The notes under the pieces: model-generated | Seen by the model: the letters and a program-made list of their open reading frames with translations, nothing else | What the model was told of the DNA's origin: nothing | The model's database searches: none | Position numbers and translations under genes: made by a program | Assembly: GCA_963668695.2 (NCBI GenBank) | Contig: CAXXLQ010000004.1 | Span: 1,376,001 to 1,440,000, forward strand | Direction of reading: 5' to 3' | Source of the DNA: Vicinamibacteria bacterium | GTDB taxonomy: Bacteria; Acidobacteriota; Vicinamibacteria; Marinacidobacterales; Marinacidobacteraceae | DNA length: 64,000 nucleotides | Shown: piece by piece, positions 1 to 9,704 of the stretch | How the letters are laid out: every line of letters begins with the position of its first letter | Position numbering within the stretch: position 1 is the stretch's first letter

Positions 1-293
1 CCCGCCGCATCCACCCGGAGCTCGAAGCTCTCCGGCGCCGAGTCCCGGCTGGTTTCGGACAGAATGAGGTTTCCGGCGGGCCCTGGCGCCCCTTGCGAAG
101 CGGCGAGGCGCGCATGAAATCCGGCGCGTTGCCCGAGCCGTTCTGCCAGGAACGCCGCCGCCGCCCCCTCCGCCGGGGACCCGGCGTCAAGAACCAACCG
201 GCAGCGGCGGTCCAGGCGAAAGGACCCCGGCAGGTGCTCGATCCGGCGCGGCGCGGGCAGCAGCCGCGCGGCAGGATGGTCCGGACGGGTCAT
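1..293 (-). CDS. Partial gene (5' part, runs off the left edge); probable GH20 beta-N-acetylhexosaminidase N-terminal domain
   Basis: Own translation from ATG at 293: MTRPDHPAARLLPAPRRIEHLPGSFRLDRRCRL...PESFELRVDAAG. The LLPxP..G.F.L and ES(Y/F)xL pattern is typical of the GH20 domain-2 N-terminus. Not in the ORF track. Confidence 0.55.
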   Translation of the reverse strand, partial: MTRPDHPAARLLPAPRRIEHLPGSFRLDRRCRLVLDAGSPAEGAAAAFLAERLGQRAGFHARLAASQGAPGPAGNLILSETSRDSAPESFELRVDAA

Positions 294-329
294 TCATCCC
301 ACTCTACCGTTGGTATCTTTTCCAGCGAG

Positions 330-1013
330 TTGAACACTTGGGAAATCGCGGTGCGGGCCGCCTCGTGGGCGAAACCCGGCATGGTGATCGGTCTCGGGAC
401 CGGCCGGGCGGCGGCCGGATTTGTGCGCGTTCTCGGAGAACGCGTGCGTGCCGGCTTGGAAGTGCGGGGGATCCCAACCTCCCGAGCCACCGAAGCGCTG
501 GCCCGCTCGCTCGGGATCCCGTTGGTGGGGTTCGCGGAAGTTGCCGCGCTGGATCTCGCGGTGGACGGCGCCGACGAGGTGGATCCCGACCACAATCTCA
601 TCAAGGGGCATGGCGGGGCGCTCGTGCGGGAGCGGGTCGTCGCCGCGGCGGCCACCCGATTCGTGGTGCTGGTGGGTCCCGAGAAGCTCTCGCACCGGTT
701 GGGCGCCAAGCGATCCGTCCCGGTGGAGGCGATCCCGTTTGCCGCGCCGCAGGTGCGAAGGGCGCTCGAGCGGATGGGCGCCGAGGCCCAAATCCGAATG
801 GAATCCGATGAGAGCCCCTTCGTAACCGACAACGGGAATCTGCTGGTGAACGCCTCCTTCGGCGAAATCTCCGATCCCGCGACGCTGCACGCGAAGATCC
901 TGGGGATTCCCGGGGTCCTCGATTCCGGCCTCTTTGCGGGGATGGCGGACGACGTGCTGGTCGAGGGACGGCCGGCAAGCGCCCTGCCGCCTTGCGGCTC
1001 CTCCGCCGCGTGA
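330..1013 (+). CDS. rpiA: Ribose-5-phosphate isomerase A
   Basis: GLGTG, AVDGADEVD, LIKGHGGALVRE and TDNGN motifs. Start is probably TTG at 330; the track start at 93 overlaps the divergent gene. Confidence 0.93.
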   Translation: MNTWEIAVRAASWAKPGMVIGLGTGRAAAGFVRVLGERVRAGLEVRGIPTSRATEALARSLGIPLVGFAEVAALDLAVDGADEVDPDHNLIKGHGGALVRERVVAAAATRFVVLVGPEKLSHRLGAKRSVPVEAIPFAAPQVRRALERMGAEAQIRMESDESPFVTDNGNLLVNASFGEISDPATLHAKILGIPGVLDSGLFAGMADDVLVEGRPASALPPCGSSAA

Positions 1014-1759
1014 AGGGTGTCGCAATCTCGTTTCGCGAGATCGTAAAGAGCTTCGACGAAAAGCTCGTTCTGGACCGGGTATCGCTTGAGGTGTCTCCCG
1101 GGGAGGTTCTGGTCCTGCTCGGCAGGAGCGGTTGCGGCAAAACGACCCTGCTCCGTCTCGTGAACCGGCTGGTCAGCGCCGACTCGGGAGAGGTGTACGT
1201 GGGTGGCCGCGAAGTCACGGACTGGGATCCGGTCGCACTGAGGCGGGGCATCGGGTATGCCATCCAGGGGGTGGGACTGCTGCCCCATCTCAGCGTGGGC
1301 GACAACGTTTCCCTCGTGCCCCGGTTGCTCGGCTGGAACCCGGAGCGCCGCCGCGAGCGGGCCGCGGAGATGCTGCGACTCGTCGGCCTCGACCCCCGGG
1401 AGCACGGGGGTCGCCGTCCGGATCAGCTCTCGGGCGGACAGCGCCAGCGCGTCGGCGTCGCCCGCGCGCTGGCCGCCGATCCGGGGGCGCTCCTCATGGA
1501 CGAGCCCTTCGGCGCGGTGGATCCGATCGGCCGACGAAGTCTCCAGGAGGAGTTCCGGTCCCTTTCCCGCGAACTCGGGAAGACCGTTCTCTTCGTTACC
1601 CACGACGTGACCGAGGCGTTCCGGCTGGCGGATCGGATCGCGGTGGTGGCTGACGGCGGAATCCGCCAGTTGGGCACTCCGCGAGAAATCCGGGACACAC
1701 CGGCCGACGAGTTGGTCCAGGGCCTCATCGAGGGCGCCGCGATCCCGAGCAGCCTGTGA
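1010..1759 (+). CDS. Osmoprotectant (glycine betaine/choline) ABC transporter ATP-binding subunit
   Basis: Walker A GRSGCGKT, LSGGQRQRVGVARAL, LLMDEPFGAVD, VTHD. Its stop codon lies inside the left end of the MITE. Confidence 0.92.
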   Translation: MKGVAISFREIVKSFDEKLVLDRVSLEVSPGEVLVLLGRSGCGKTTLLRLVNRLVSADSGEVYVGGREVTDWDPVALRRGIGYAIQGVGLLPHLSVGDNVSLVPRLLGWNPERRRERAAEMLRLVGLDPREHGGRRPDQLSGGQRQRVGVARALAADPGALLMDEPFGAVDPIGRRSLQEEFRSLSRELGKTVLFVTHDVTEAFRLADRIAVVADGGIRQLGTPREIRDTPADELVQGLIEGAAIPSSL

Positions 1760-2383
1760 ATAAAGTCACGCGGCATTCCCGAGCCAGAAGAGATGGTGGT
1801 CGGGTGACCCCGCCCCCCGTCCCTTCCGCTCCGGGGTCTCCGCGGTGCTTGGGCCCCGCTCCGGAAGCCCGAGCCAGAAGAGATGGTGGTCGGGTGACCC
1901 CGCCCCCCGTCCCTTCCGCTCCGGGGTCTCCGCGGTGCTTGGGCCCCGCTCCGGAAGCCCGAGCCAGAAGGGATGGTGGTCGGGTGACCCCGCCCCCCGT
2001 CCCTTCCGCTCCGGGGTCTCCGCGGTGCTTGGGCCCCGCTCCGGAAGCCCGAGCCAGAAGGGATGGTGGTCGGGTGACCCCGCCCCCCGTCCCTTCCGCT
2101 CCGGGGTCTCCGCGGTGCTTGGGGCTCCGGAAGCCCGAGCCAGAAGGGATGGTGGTCGGGTGACCCCGCCCCCCGTCCCTTCCGCTCCGGGGTCTCCGCG
2201 GTGCTTGGGCCCCGCTCCGGAAGCGACCGGCGATGCATCCCGGCTGAACCGCTACGCTCGGCGTTCCGATTGGGTCGGAATACACCCGGTATTCCTCCCG
2301 AATCGCGCCTTGTCAGCCGGGCGCCTCACCGCCAGTTCTCCCGGTGGGGGCCTCGGTGCTCACGTCACTTTACCCACAGGCTG
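1750..2383 (+). mobile_element. MITE copy M1, carrying a 446-bp tandem array and one 18-bp insert
   Basis: Ends CAGCCTGTG...CACAGGCTG. After removing 1779-2224 and 2332-2349 it aligns with the insert-free copy at 60337-60515. Confidence 0.88.
1779..2224. repeat. Tandem array of five ~90-bp units (90,90,90,86,90)
   Basis: Unit ccgagccagaag(a/g)gatggtggtcgggtgacccc...ccggaagc starts at 1779, 1869, 1959, 2049 and 2135. There are no unique spacers. Confidence 0.97.
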
Positions 2384-2393
2384 CTAACGGCGG

Positions 2394-3035
2394 ATGAGTT
2401 TTCTCGAGTTTGTGGCCGGGCGCTGGACCGAGATCCTGACCCTCACGCTCGAACACGTGGTGCTGGTCGTGATCTCCACGGTAGCCGGGGTGCTGATCGC
2501 GGTGCCGCTCGGGCTCGCCATCACCCGGGTACCCGCGCTCAGTCGGCCGGTACTGGGATTTGCCGGAGTCATCCAGACCGTGCCGTCCCTCGCGCTTTTC
2601 GGCCTGCTGATCCCGCTGCCCTTCATCGGGGGCATCGGCAGCCGGACCGCCATCATCGCGCTCGTTCTCTACGCGCTGCTGCCGATCCTCCGCAATACGG
2701 TGACCGGCGTGCGGCAGGTCGATCCGGCGATTCTGGATGCCGCGAACGGGATGGGAATGACCGACTGGCAACGGCTGACCCTCGTGGAGGTTCCCCTCGC
2801 GCTGCCCTCCATCTTCTCGGGCATCCGGATCGCGACGGTGGTCGGGATAGGCCTCGTGACGATTGCGGCCGCGGTCGGCGCTGGCGGTCTCGGATCGCTG
2901 ATCTTCCGCGGGCTGGCGATGCTTGATTCCCGGCTGCTCTTCGCCGGAGCGATACCCTCCGCGATCCTGGCGTTGATCGCGGACGGCGGGCTCGCGCTGC
3001 TCGAATCCCGTCTGGTTGCCTCGCGCGGTCCGTGA
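2394..3035 (+). CDS. Osmoprotectant ABC transporter permease
   Basis: Hydrophobic; QTVPSLAL, YALLPILRNT, EAA-like AILDAANGMGM, GAGGLG motifs. Confidence 0.92.
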   Translation: MSFLEFVAGRWTEILTLTLEHVVLVVISTVAGVLIAVPLGLAITRVPALSRPVLGFAGVIQTVPSLALFGLLIPLPFIGGIGSRTAIIALVLYALLPILRNTVTGVRQVDPAILDAANGMGMTDWQRLTLVEVPLALPSIFSGIRIATVVGIGLVTIAAAVGAGGLGSLIFRGLAMLDSRLLFAGAIPSAILALIADGGLALLESRLVASRGP

Positions 3036-3949
3036 CAAATCGAACTTCCGTGAACGAAGCCATCCGGCGCCGCAGTTTCCTTCGGCGTCTCGGGGCCACG
3101 GGCGCCCTGCTTGCGCCCGGACTCTTCGGAACGCGTTGCGGTCCCGGGGGTCCGTCGGCGGTGCTCGGGGCGAAGACGTATTCGGAACAGATCATCCTCG
3201 GCGAGCTGCTTTCGCGGTTTCTCCGGGCGGCCGGGCTCGCGGTTACCGAGCGGTTCCAGATGCAGACGTTCGTCCTTCACACAGCAATTGCCAACGGGGA
3301 TCTCGACTGCTACATCGAATACACCGGAACGTCCTATTCCGCGATCATGCACGAGACCTTCGTCGCCGGGCAGACCGCCGAGGAGATCTACCAGCGGGTG
3401 AAGGAGCTCTACCGGGAGCGCTTCGACCTTCGTCTCGGCCCGCCGATCGGTTTTTCGAACGACTACGTCCTTGCCGTTCCCCGGGACTTTGCGAGGGAGC
3501 GGGGCCTGCGGACGATTTCCGACCTGGCCCGTATTTCGGGGTATCTCTTCGTCGCTGGCTACGCGTTCTTCGAGAGGGCCGATGGCCTCCGCGGGATGAT
3601 GGACCACTACGGATTCGCCGAGATGCCGGAGTCCATCGAGGTCGAGGTGGACATGGTCTTCCAGGTGATGGAGGCGGGTCAGGCCGACGTGGCGGTGGGT
3701 AACTCCACCGACGGCCGGGTTGCCAAGCTCGACCTGCTCGTCCTCGAGGATGACCTCGGCTGGTTCCCGCCCTACGAATCCGCCCTGGTCTACCGCCCGG
3801 ACGCCCATCCCGCCGTGGCCGAGCTGGCCGAGCGCCTCGGCGGCGCCATCAGCACCGAGACGATGCGTGCGCTCAACCGCCGGGTGGACGTGGACGGCGA
3901 ACAGCCGGCGGAGGTCGCCGCCGAGTTCTTCGAGACGCTGACCGGCTGA
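3032..3949 (+). CDS. Glycine betaine/osmoprotectant ABC substrate-binding protein with Tat-like signal
   Basis: RRRSFL twin-arginine motif; GAKTYSEQIILG, YIEYTGT, LEDDLGWFPPY (OpuAC/OsmF type). Confidence 0.9.
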   Translation: MTNRTSVNEAIRRRSFLRRLGATGALLAPGLFGTRCGPGGPSAVLGAKTYSEQIILGELLSRFLRAAGLAVTERFQMQTFVLHTAIANGDLDCYIEYTGTSYSAIMHETFVAGQTAEEIYQRVKELYRERFDLRLGPPIGFSNDYVLAVPRDFARERGLRTISDLARISGYLFVAGYAFFERADGLRGMMDHYGFAEMPESIEVEVDMVFQVMEAGQADVAVGNSTDGRVAKLDLLVLEDDLGWFPPYESALVYRPDAHPAVAELAERLGGAISTETMRALNRRVDVDGEQPAEVAAEFFETLTG

Positions 3950-4079
3950 GAGCCGCCCGCCCGCTTTCCGGGTTCGGGAGCGTCATCTCCTGGAGATCGT
4001 CTGGGTCGGCCGCGGCTTCCCTCGTCCGGCGTCCGACCTCCAATCGTCCGGCGGGGGCCGATCACGCTAAAATGGCTAT

Positions 4080-4379
4080 ATGGAAAGCGCCAGTATTAGC
4101 GAAGCGAGGAACAAGTTGAGCGGCCTGCTCCGACGGGTCCGGCTCGGCGAGACGGTTCTGATTACGGATCGCGGTAAGCCGGTGGCCAGGATCGAGCCCT
4201 GCCTTTCTACGGGCGCCGAGGACCCCCAAGTCGCGGCGCTGCTCGCCCGGCCGGGGGTCGCCACGCCCGCGCGGGAGACGCTGGATCTCGCTGCCTTCTT
4301 GAAAACTCCCCTGCCGCGTCTGCCGGAGGGGGTCCGGGCCAGCGATGCGGTCTCGGCGGATCGGGACGAAGGCTGGTGA
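4080..4379 (+). CDS. Phd/YefM family antitoxin
   Basis: SISEARNKLSGLLRRVRLGETVLITDRGKPVARI; overlaps the PIN gene (GTGA). Confidence 0.9.
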   Translation: MESASISEARNKLSGLLRRVRLGETVLITDRGKPVARIEPCLSTGAEDPQVAALLARPGVATPARETLDLAAFLKTPLPRLPEGVRASDAVSADRDEGW

Positions 4380-4795
4380 GGTACTGGGATTCGTCGGCGC
4401 TCGTCGCGCTGTTGGTTGCCGAACCGGCGACGCCGAACCGCCAGTCCTTGCTGGACGACGATCCACAGATCGCCACATGGTGGGGAAGTTCGCTGGAATG
4501 CGCCTCGGCGCTCCATCGGCTTGACCGGCAGTATGGGTCCGGCGAATCCCGGATTCTCCGGTCCATCGGGCTACTCGGGAAGCTCGAAGCCTCTTGGCAC
4601 GAGGTCGAGCCCTCCGAGCGGCTCCGCCGCCGGGCGCGGCGGCTGCTGGGGGTTCACGCGCTGCGGGCGGCCGACGCCCTGCAACTGGCTGCCGCGCTCG
4701 TCGCCGCAGACGAGGATCCGACCACCCTGGACTTCGCCTCGAGTGACATCCGACTCTCCGAAGCTGCCCGGCGCGAGGGCTTCACCGTCCGTTAG
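4376..4795 (+). CDS. vapC: VapC-like PIN-domain toxin
   Basis: YWDSSALV, E, LRAADALQLAAA, SSDIRL acidic PIN motifs. Confidence 0.9.
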   Translation: MRYWDSSALVALLVAEPATPNRQSLLDDDPQIATWWGSSLECASALHRLDRQYGSGESRILRSIGLLGKLEASWHEVEPSERLRRRARRLLGVHALRAADALQLAAALVAADEDPTTLDFASSDIRLSEAARREGFTVR

Positions 4796-4823
4796 CTCGC
4801 AGGGGCCGAGCGCGGCCTTCGCG

Positions 4824-5490
4824 TCACGCCCGCCTGAGGCGCCGTCGCCCCTCAAGCACCAAGAGTGCCAGACCGATCGTCACGATGCCGACCGCGATCA
4901 GCGCGCTCCGCAGCACGATGCGCGTGGTGGCGGCGAAGACGCTCGTTCCTTCCGTTCGGATCTGGAGTTCAAGCCCCTCGCCGAGGAACTGGTCGAGAGG
5001 ACGGACCCAGGAGAGCACGTTTCCCCGCTGCAGCGGGCCGTCGCTGTTGTGTGCGGTGATCCTCCCCTCGGGCCGCACCCGGATCTCGGCGCCTTCCTGG
5101 GGTCGCGGGCTCGCGCTCGACCGCGGCCCGATCGTCATGGCGAAGTCGAACCCTCCGTCGCCGGTCGGCCGGTAGCTGCATTCGCGCCGGAGAAGTGGTG
5201 CGTCGCAGAGCGCCGCAACCGAGTCGAACGTCACATCCGCCTCAATCCGTCCGCCGCGCGGCGACCGGGTGCTCGCGACGGTCAGGCCCGGCCCGGAAAG
5301 CCCTGCGCGGAGCATCCCGGAAGCGTCTCCTCCCGGATCCCCGGCGAGAAGCTCGGGCGCTAGCCGGATCGTGGACTGGCCGGATCCGTCGAGTGCGAGC
5401 CGGTGTTGCTCTTCCCATGCCGCTGGCGCGCACGCGGGCCCGGCTCCGAAGATGAGGGTGGCGGCGGTCGCTGCGTAGAATCCAGCCGTT
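4824..5490 (-). CDS. Hypothetical exported/membrane-anchored protein (start uncertain)
   Basis: 3' part of track ORF 4824..6671: hydrophobic N-segment ending in GPAC, LxLDGSG motif, C-terminal TM plus RRRLRRA. No canonical start codon found before polA begins. Confidence 0.5.
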
Positions 5491-5498
5491 CTTTCTCG

Positions 5499-8126
5499 AT
5501 GGCCGACGCGACGCTCCTGCTGGTGGACGGCAACAACCTGCTGTTCCGTTCGTTCTTCGCCATGCCCCGGCTGACCCGTTCGGACGGCCTGCCGAACGGC
5601 GCCCTGCACGGCTTCGTCGCCACCCTCCGGAAGATCCTGCGCGAGGAGGCGCCTGAGTTCGCGGCGGTGGCCTTCGACGCGCCGGGCCCCACCTTCCGTC
5701 ACGAGGCCTACCCGAAATACAAGGCCAACCGGCCGGAAATGCCCGTCGAACTGGCGCAGCAGGTTCCGTTCACGCGGGATCTTGCGCGGGTGCTGGGAGT
5801 GACGGTGGTCGAGGTCACCGGGGTCGAAGCGGACGATGTGATCGGGACTCTGGCGCGGGCCGGGAGCGGCAGAGGGTATCGGGTGTTGGTTGTTTCCGGC
5901 GACAAGGACCTGCTCCAGCTCGTGGACGACCGGGTCAGCGTCGTGCTGCCGGGCGATACCGCAAAGCGGCTCGATGCCGCCGGCGTCGAAGCAAAGTTGA
6001 AAGTCCCTCCGGACCGGGTGCCCGACTATCTCGGACTCGTCGGGGACTCGGTCGACAACATTCCCGGCGTTCCCGGCATCGGCCCCAAGACCGCGGCATC
6101 TCTGATCGCCTCGTTTGGCGGAGTCGACGAAATTCTCGCCCACACCGGGGAGATCACACGCAAACGCACCGCTTCCCTCCTGGAGGAGCACGCCGCCGCG
6201 GCGCGCCTCTCGCGGGAACTCGCCCGCCTCCGTCTGGATGTCCCGGTCCCGGAGGCGGGCGAGACTCTGGAGGGGCTTCGCTACCAGGGACCCCGGATGG
6301 AAGACGCTCGCGAGTTGCTCGAGGAGCTCGAACTGCGGACCCACGCCCGGGACCTGGCGCCGGCCGCTCCCTCGCGGGTGCCTCCCGTGAAGACGGCCTC
6401 CGGGATTCCCGACGTCGTCCGCGTTCTGGAACGCGCTCGAGAATCGGGACGGCTCTCGGTGCATGCGATGTTCGGACCCTCGCGAGACCGGAACCCCGCG
6501 CCGCTCGCCGCGCTCGGGGTCGCCTCCTCGGCCGGGGACGGGCTGCTGGTAGCGGTCGGCCCCCGTCTTGGTGAAAAGGACCTTGCCGAGACGTTCCGGC
6601 CGGCGCTGTCGAACGGGGTAGCGCTGATCGGACACGAGGTGCAGCCGTTCGTTCGGTGGTGGCTCGAACAAGGCGGCAAGCTACCCGAGGTCGCCCATGA
6701 CTCGCAGGTGGCGGCCTGGCTGCTCAACACCACCCGCCGAGCCCAGGGGTTTGGCGACGTGCTCCGGGACTATGTGGGCCTCGCGCTCCCGGAGCCGCGC
6801 CCCGCGCAGACGAGCCTTTTCGGCAGCGCTGCGCCCGACGAGCGACTGGCGATCGCGGCGGCCTGGCAGCACCGGCTCGCGGAAAAGCTGGAAGGCCTTC
6901 TCGATGCCGAGGGGCTTTCCAGTGTCTTCCGGGACATCGAGATGCCACTCCTGCCGGTGCTGGCCCGCATCGAAACCCGCGGCATCTGCCTCGACAGCGA
7001 GACCCTGCGCGAACTCGGCAAAGATCTCGAGGCGCGGCTCGAGGAGTTGACCGGGCAGATCCACGAACTGGCGGGAATCACGTTCGATATCCAGAGCCCC
7101 AAACAGCTCGGAGAGGTCCTTTTCGACAAACTGAACCTCCCGCAGACCGCGAAGACCCAAAAACTCAAGCGCGCCTCCACCCGCGCGGACGTACTCGAGG
7201 AACTGGGGCTCTACCACGAGGTGCCGCGTCTCGTTCTCGAGTACCGCGAGGTCGCCAAGCTGAAGAGCACCTATGTGGATCCGCTGCCGGAACTCGTTGC
7301 TCCGGGGACCGGGAGGCTCCACACCCGACTGCACCAGGCGGTGGCGGCGACCGGACGGCTCTCGAGTTCGGATCCCAATCTGCAGAACATCCCGGTCCGC
7401 TCCGACCTCGGCCGCCAGGTCCGGAAGACCTTTGTCGCCGCCCCCGGGAAGCGCCTGTTGTCGGCGGACTACTCCCAGATCGAGCTCCGCATCCTGGCCC
7501 ACCTGAGCGGCGATCCGGTGCTCATCGAGGCGTTCCGGTCGGGGGAAGACGTCCACGCCCGCACCGCGGAGGAAGTCTTCGGCGGGGTGGGACTGAGTCC
7601 CGCGGAGGCGCGCCGGCGGGCCAAGATCGTGAACTTCTCGATCATCTACGGCAAGACAGCGTTCACCCTGGCGAAGGAAATCGGTGTTTCCACAGGGGAC
7701 GCGAAGGCCTTCATCGACGCCTACTTCAACCGCTACGCCCGGGTGCGGGATCTGATCGAAGCGATCCGCGAGGAAGCTCGCGCGACGGGTCGCGTTACCA
7801 CCCTGTTCGGCCGGCAGCGACACATCCCCGAGATCCGCACCACCCAGCGCGCCCGGCGGGAGGCTGCCGAGCGGATGGCCGTGAATGCTCCGATACAGGG
7901 GACCGCCGCCGATCTGATCAAGATCGCGATGCTCGGCGTGGACCGGGCGCTCGAGCCCACTTCGGGAGTCTTGTTGCTGCAGGTCCACGACGAACTGCTG
8001 ATCGAGGTGGATTCCGCCGAGGCGGAAGCGGTCGGCGAATTGGTCCGCCACGAAATGGAATCGGTCGCAGAACTCCAGGTCCCCCTGGTGGCCGACGTCA
8101 CTATCGCGGATTCCTGGGAACACTGA
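5499..8126 (+). CDS. polA: DNA polymerase I
   Basis: LVDGNNLLFRSFFA 5'-3' exonuclease, TGRLSSSDPNLQNIP, ADYSQIELR, AKIVNFSIIYG, LQVHDEL. Confidence 0.98.
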   Translation: MADATLLLVDGNNLLFRSFFAMPRLTRSDGLPNGALHGFVATLRKILREEAPEFAAVAFDAPGPTFRHEAYPKYKANRPEMPVELAQQVPFTRDLARVLGVTVVEVTGVEADDVIGTLARAGSGRGYRVLVVSGDKDLLQLVDDRVSVVLPGDTAKRLDAAGVEAKLKVPPDRVPDYLGLVGDSVDNIPGVPGIGPKTAASLIASFGGVDEILAHTGEITRKRTASLLEEHAAAARLSRELARLRLDVPVPEAGETLEGLRYQGPRMEDARELLEELELRTHARDLAPAAPSRVPPVKTASGIPDVVRVLERARESGRLSVHAMFGPSRDRNPAPLAALGVASSAGDGLLVAVGPRLGEKDLAETFRPALSNGVALIGHEVQPFVRWWLEQGGKLPEVAHDSQVAAWLLNTTRRAQGFGDVLRDYVGLALPEPRPAQTSLFGSAAPDERLAIAAAWQHRLAEKLEGLLDAEGLSSVFRDIEMPLLPVLARIETRGICLDSETLRELGKDLEARLEELTGQIHELAGITFDIQSPKQLGEVLFDKLNLPQTAKTQKLKRASTRADVLEELGLYHEVPRLVLEYREVAKLKSTYVDPLPELVAPGTGRLHTRLHQAVAATGRLSSSDPNLQNIPVRSDLGRQVRKTFVAAPGKRLLSADYSQIELRILAHLSGDPVLIEAFRSGEDVHARTAEEVFGGVGLSPAEARRRAKIVNFSIIYGKTAFTLAKEIGVSTGDAKAFIDAYFNRYARVRDLIEAIREEARATGRVTTLFGRQRHIPEIRTTQRARREAAERMAVNAPIQGTAADLIKIAMLGVDRALEPTSGVLLLQVHDELLIEVDSAEAEAVGELVRHEMESVAELQVPLVADVTIADSWEH

Positions 8127-8151
8127 CGGGGTTCCCGAACCGAACGCTCCG

Positions 8152-8922
8152 CTACCTGTACATCGCTCGGATGACCTCCAGGATGTCCGGCGCCTCCCGC
8201 AGGATTTCGGTCTCGGCGAACGAGATGAAGTCGGCAGGAATGCCGTGGAGCGCCTCGGCGACGGGTCCCGCGATCGCCGCGAGGGTGTCGGCGTCCCCGC
8301 CGAGGGAAACAGCGTTCCGGATGGCCTGCTCGAAGTCCTGCGCCTCGAGAGCGCATACCAGCGCTTCGGGCACGGTGCGCTGACACGTCTCGTTGTACTC
8401 GTAGGTCTCGCGGATGGTCGCGACGTCCCGGGAAAGGTCGTACCCGTAGGTCCTGGTAATCGCGGTCGTTATCGATCGCGGGACCTCTCCCTGAAATGCC
8501 AGCCAGATCGCGTGGGTCGCGGCGCGGGCGCCCTTCATCCCCTCCGGGTGATCGTGGGTGATCCTCGTGACCCGATCGGCGGCGGCGAGGGCCTTGGCCA
8601 GCGGCCGTTCGCGATTCAGGAACGCGGCCGGTGAAACCCGCATCGCCGCCCCGTTGCCGTAGCTGCCGTAGGGGGTTGGCGTTTCCTCGTGGATCCAGCC
8701 GCCGAAGCGCGCGCCCCAACTGCAGTCCGGGTAGCGGCGGCACCACGCCTGCATCGTCTCGGCGGGGCGTCGCCCTTTCAGCAGGATGTCCGCTACGGCG
8801 GCGGTGCAGACGGTGTCGTCGGTGAAATTGCACCCGGGGCCGAAGAACTCGAACCGGGTGGAGCGGAAACCCCCGAACTCGTGGCGCGAACCCACGTAGT
8901 CGCCGATGACCGCGCCGTACAT
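8152..8922 (-). CDS. ADP-ribosylglycohydrolase family protein
   Basis: GAVIGDYVGS, FTDDT, SYGNGAAMR, GGDADTLAAIAG; ATG at 8922 overlaps the upstream TGA. Confidence 0.93.
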   Translation of the reverse strand: MYGAVIGDYVGSRHEFGGFRSTRFEFFGPGCNFTDDTVCTAAVADILLKGRRPAETMQAWCRRYPDCSWGARFGGWIHEETPTPYGSYGNGAAMRVSPAAFLNRERPLAKALAAADRVTRITHDHPEGMKGARAATHAIWLAFQGEVPRSITTAITRTYGYDLSRDVATIRETYEYNETCQRTVPEALVCALEAQDFEQAIRNAVSLGGDADTLAAIAGPVAEALHGIPADFISFAETEILREAPDILEVIRAMYR

Positions 8923-9704
8923 CAGCCCTTCAGGTAGATCCGATCCGGATCGAGTTCCTCCCGCAGCAGGCGGAGCACCGCGGCGTCCGGCACCTCGGTG
9001 GCGCCAAGCGGGGAGGACACCTTGAGATCCCAGCCCGTCGCTTCCAACACCTGATCCAGGCTCACGCCGGGATGGACCGATTCGAGGGTCATCTCTCGTG
9101 TCTCCCCGTCGAAGCCATAGACCCCGAGATCGGTGATCACTCGGGAGGGACCGCCTCCCCGCGCGCCCAGTGCCGCGCGACTCTCGCCGCCTTCGGCCCA
9201 ACCGACGGTGGTGCGGAAGTCGAGTTCCTCGACGAACCTCCTGGGGTCCTGGCGGGCGATGATCACGGTCCGGTGCGCGTTCAAGGCGATGTCGGGGGCG
9301 CCCCCGGCCCCCGGAAGGCGCACTTTGGGTTTGTGGTAGTCGCGCCCCACCACCGTCGTGTTGAGGTTCCCGTAGCGGTCAATCTGCGCGGCGCCCAGAA
9401 AACCCAGATCGGTGCGTCCGCCTTGCAGGAAGTACAGGAACGTCTCCGCCATGGGGAGCACCTGCGCCGCCCCGCTCACGAGGCAGGGGTCTCCGATCGA
9501 GATCGGCAGCCGGACGGGACGGGCCCCGAACACGCCGGACTCGTAGATGAGGTGGCAGCGCGGCGCATGGAGCCGGAGCGCGAGCTGCACCGCGAGGTTG
9601 GGAAGCCCTACCCCAACGAACACGGAATCGCGGTCCCGCACCTCGCGGCACGCGGCGAAGACCATGATTTCCGATCGCGTCGGCGCCCCCGGCTGCTTCG
9701 TCAC
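8922..9704 (-). CDS. CoA-transferase subunit B (glutaconate/3-oxoadipate CoA-transferase type)
   Basis: FVGVGLP, LIYESG (catalytic Glu), FLGAAQIDRYGNLN, LPGAGGA; GTG at 9704. Confidence 0.9.
   Translation of the reverse strand: MTKQPGAPTRSEIMVFAACREVRDRDSVFVGVGLPNLAVQLALRLHAPRCHLIYESGVFGARPVRLPISIGDPCLVSGAAQVLPMAETFLYFLQGGRTDLGFLGAAQIDRYGNLNTTVVGRDYHKPKVRLPGAGGAPDIALNAHRTVIIARQDPRRFVEELDFRTTVGWAEGGESRAALGARGGGPSRVITDLGVYGFDGETREMTLESVHPGVSLDQVLEATGWDLKVSSPLGATEVPDAAVLRLLREELDPDRIYLKG

Noticed and set aside
1779-2224. CRISPR array
   Set aside because: Units are contiguous near-identical 90-mers with no unique spacers, and there are no cas genes in the window.
1423-2387. Repeat-protein ORFs across the 90-bp array and ORFs within MITE copies
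   Set aside because: Open frames result from a stop-poor GC-rich unit whose length is a multiple of 3; several frames are open at once and there is no RBS or family motif.
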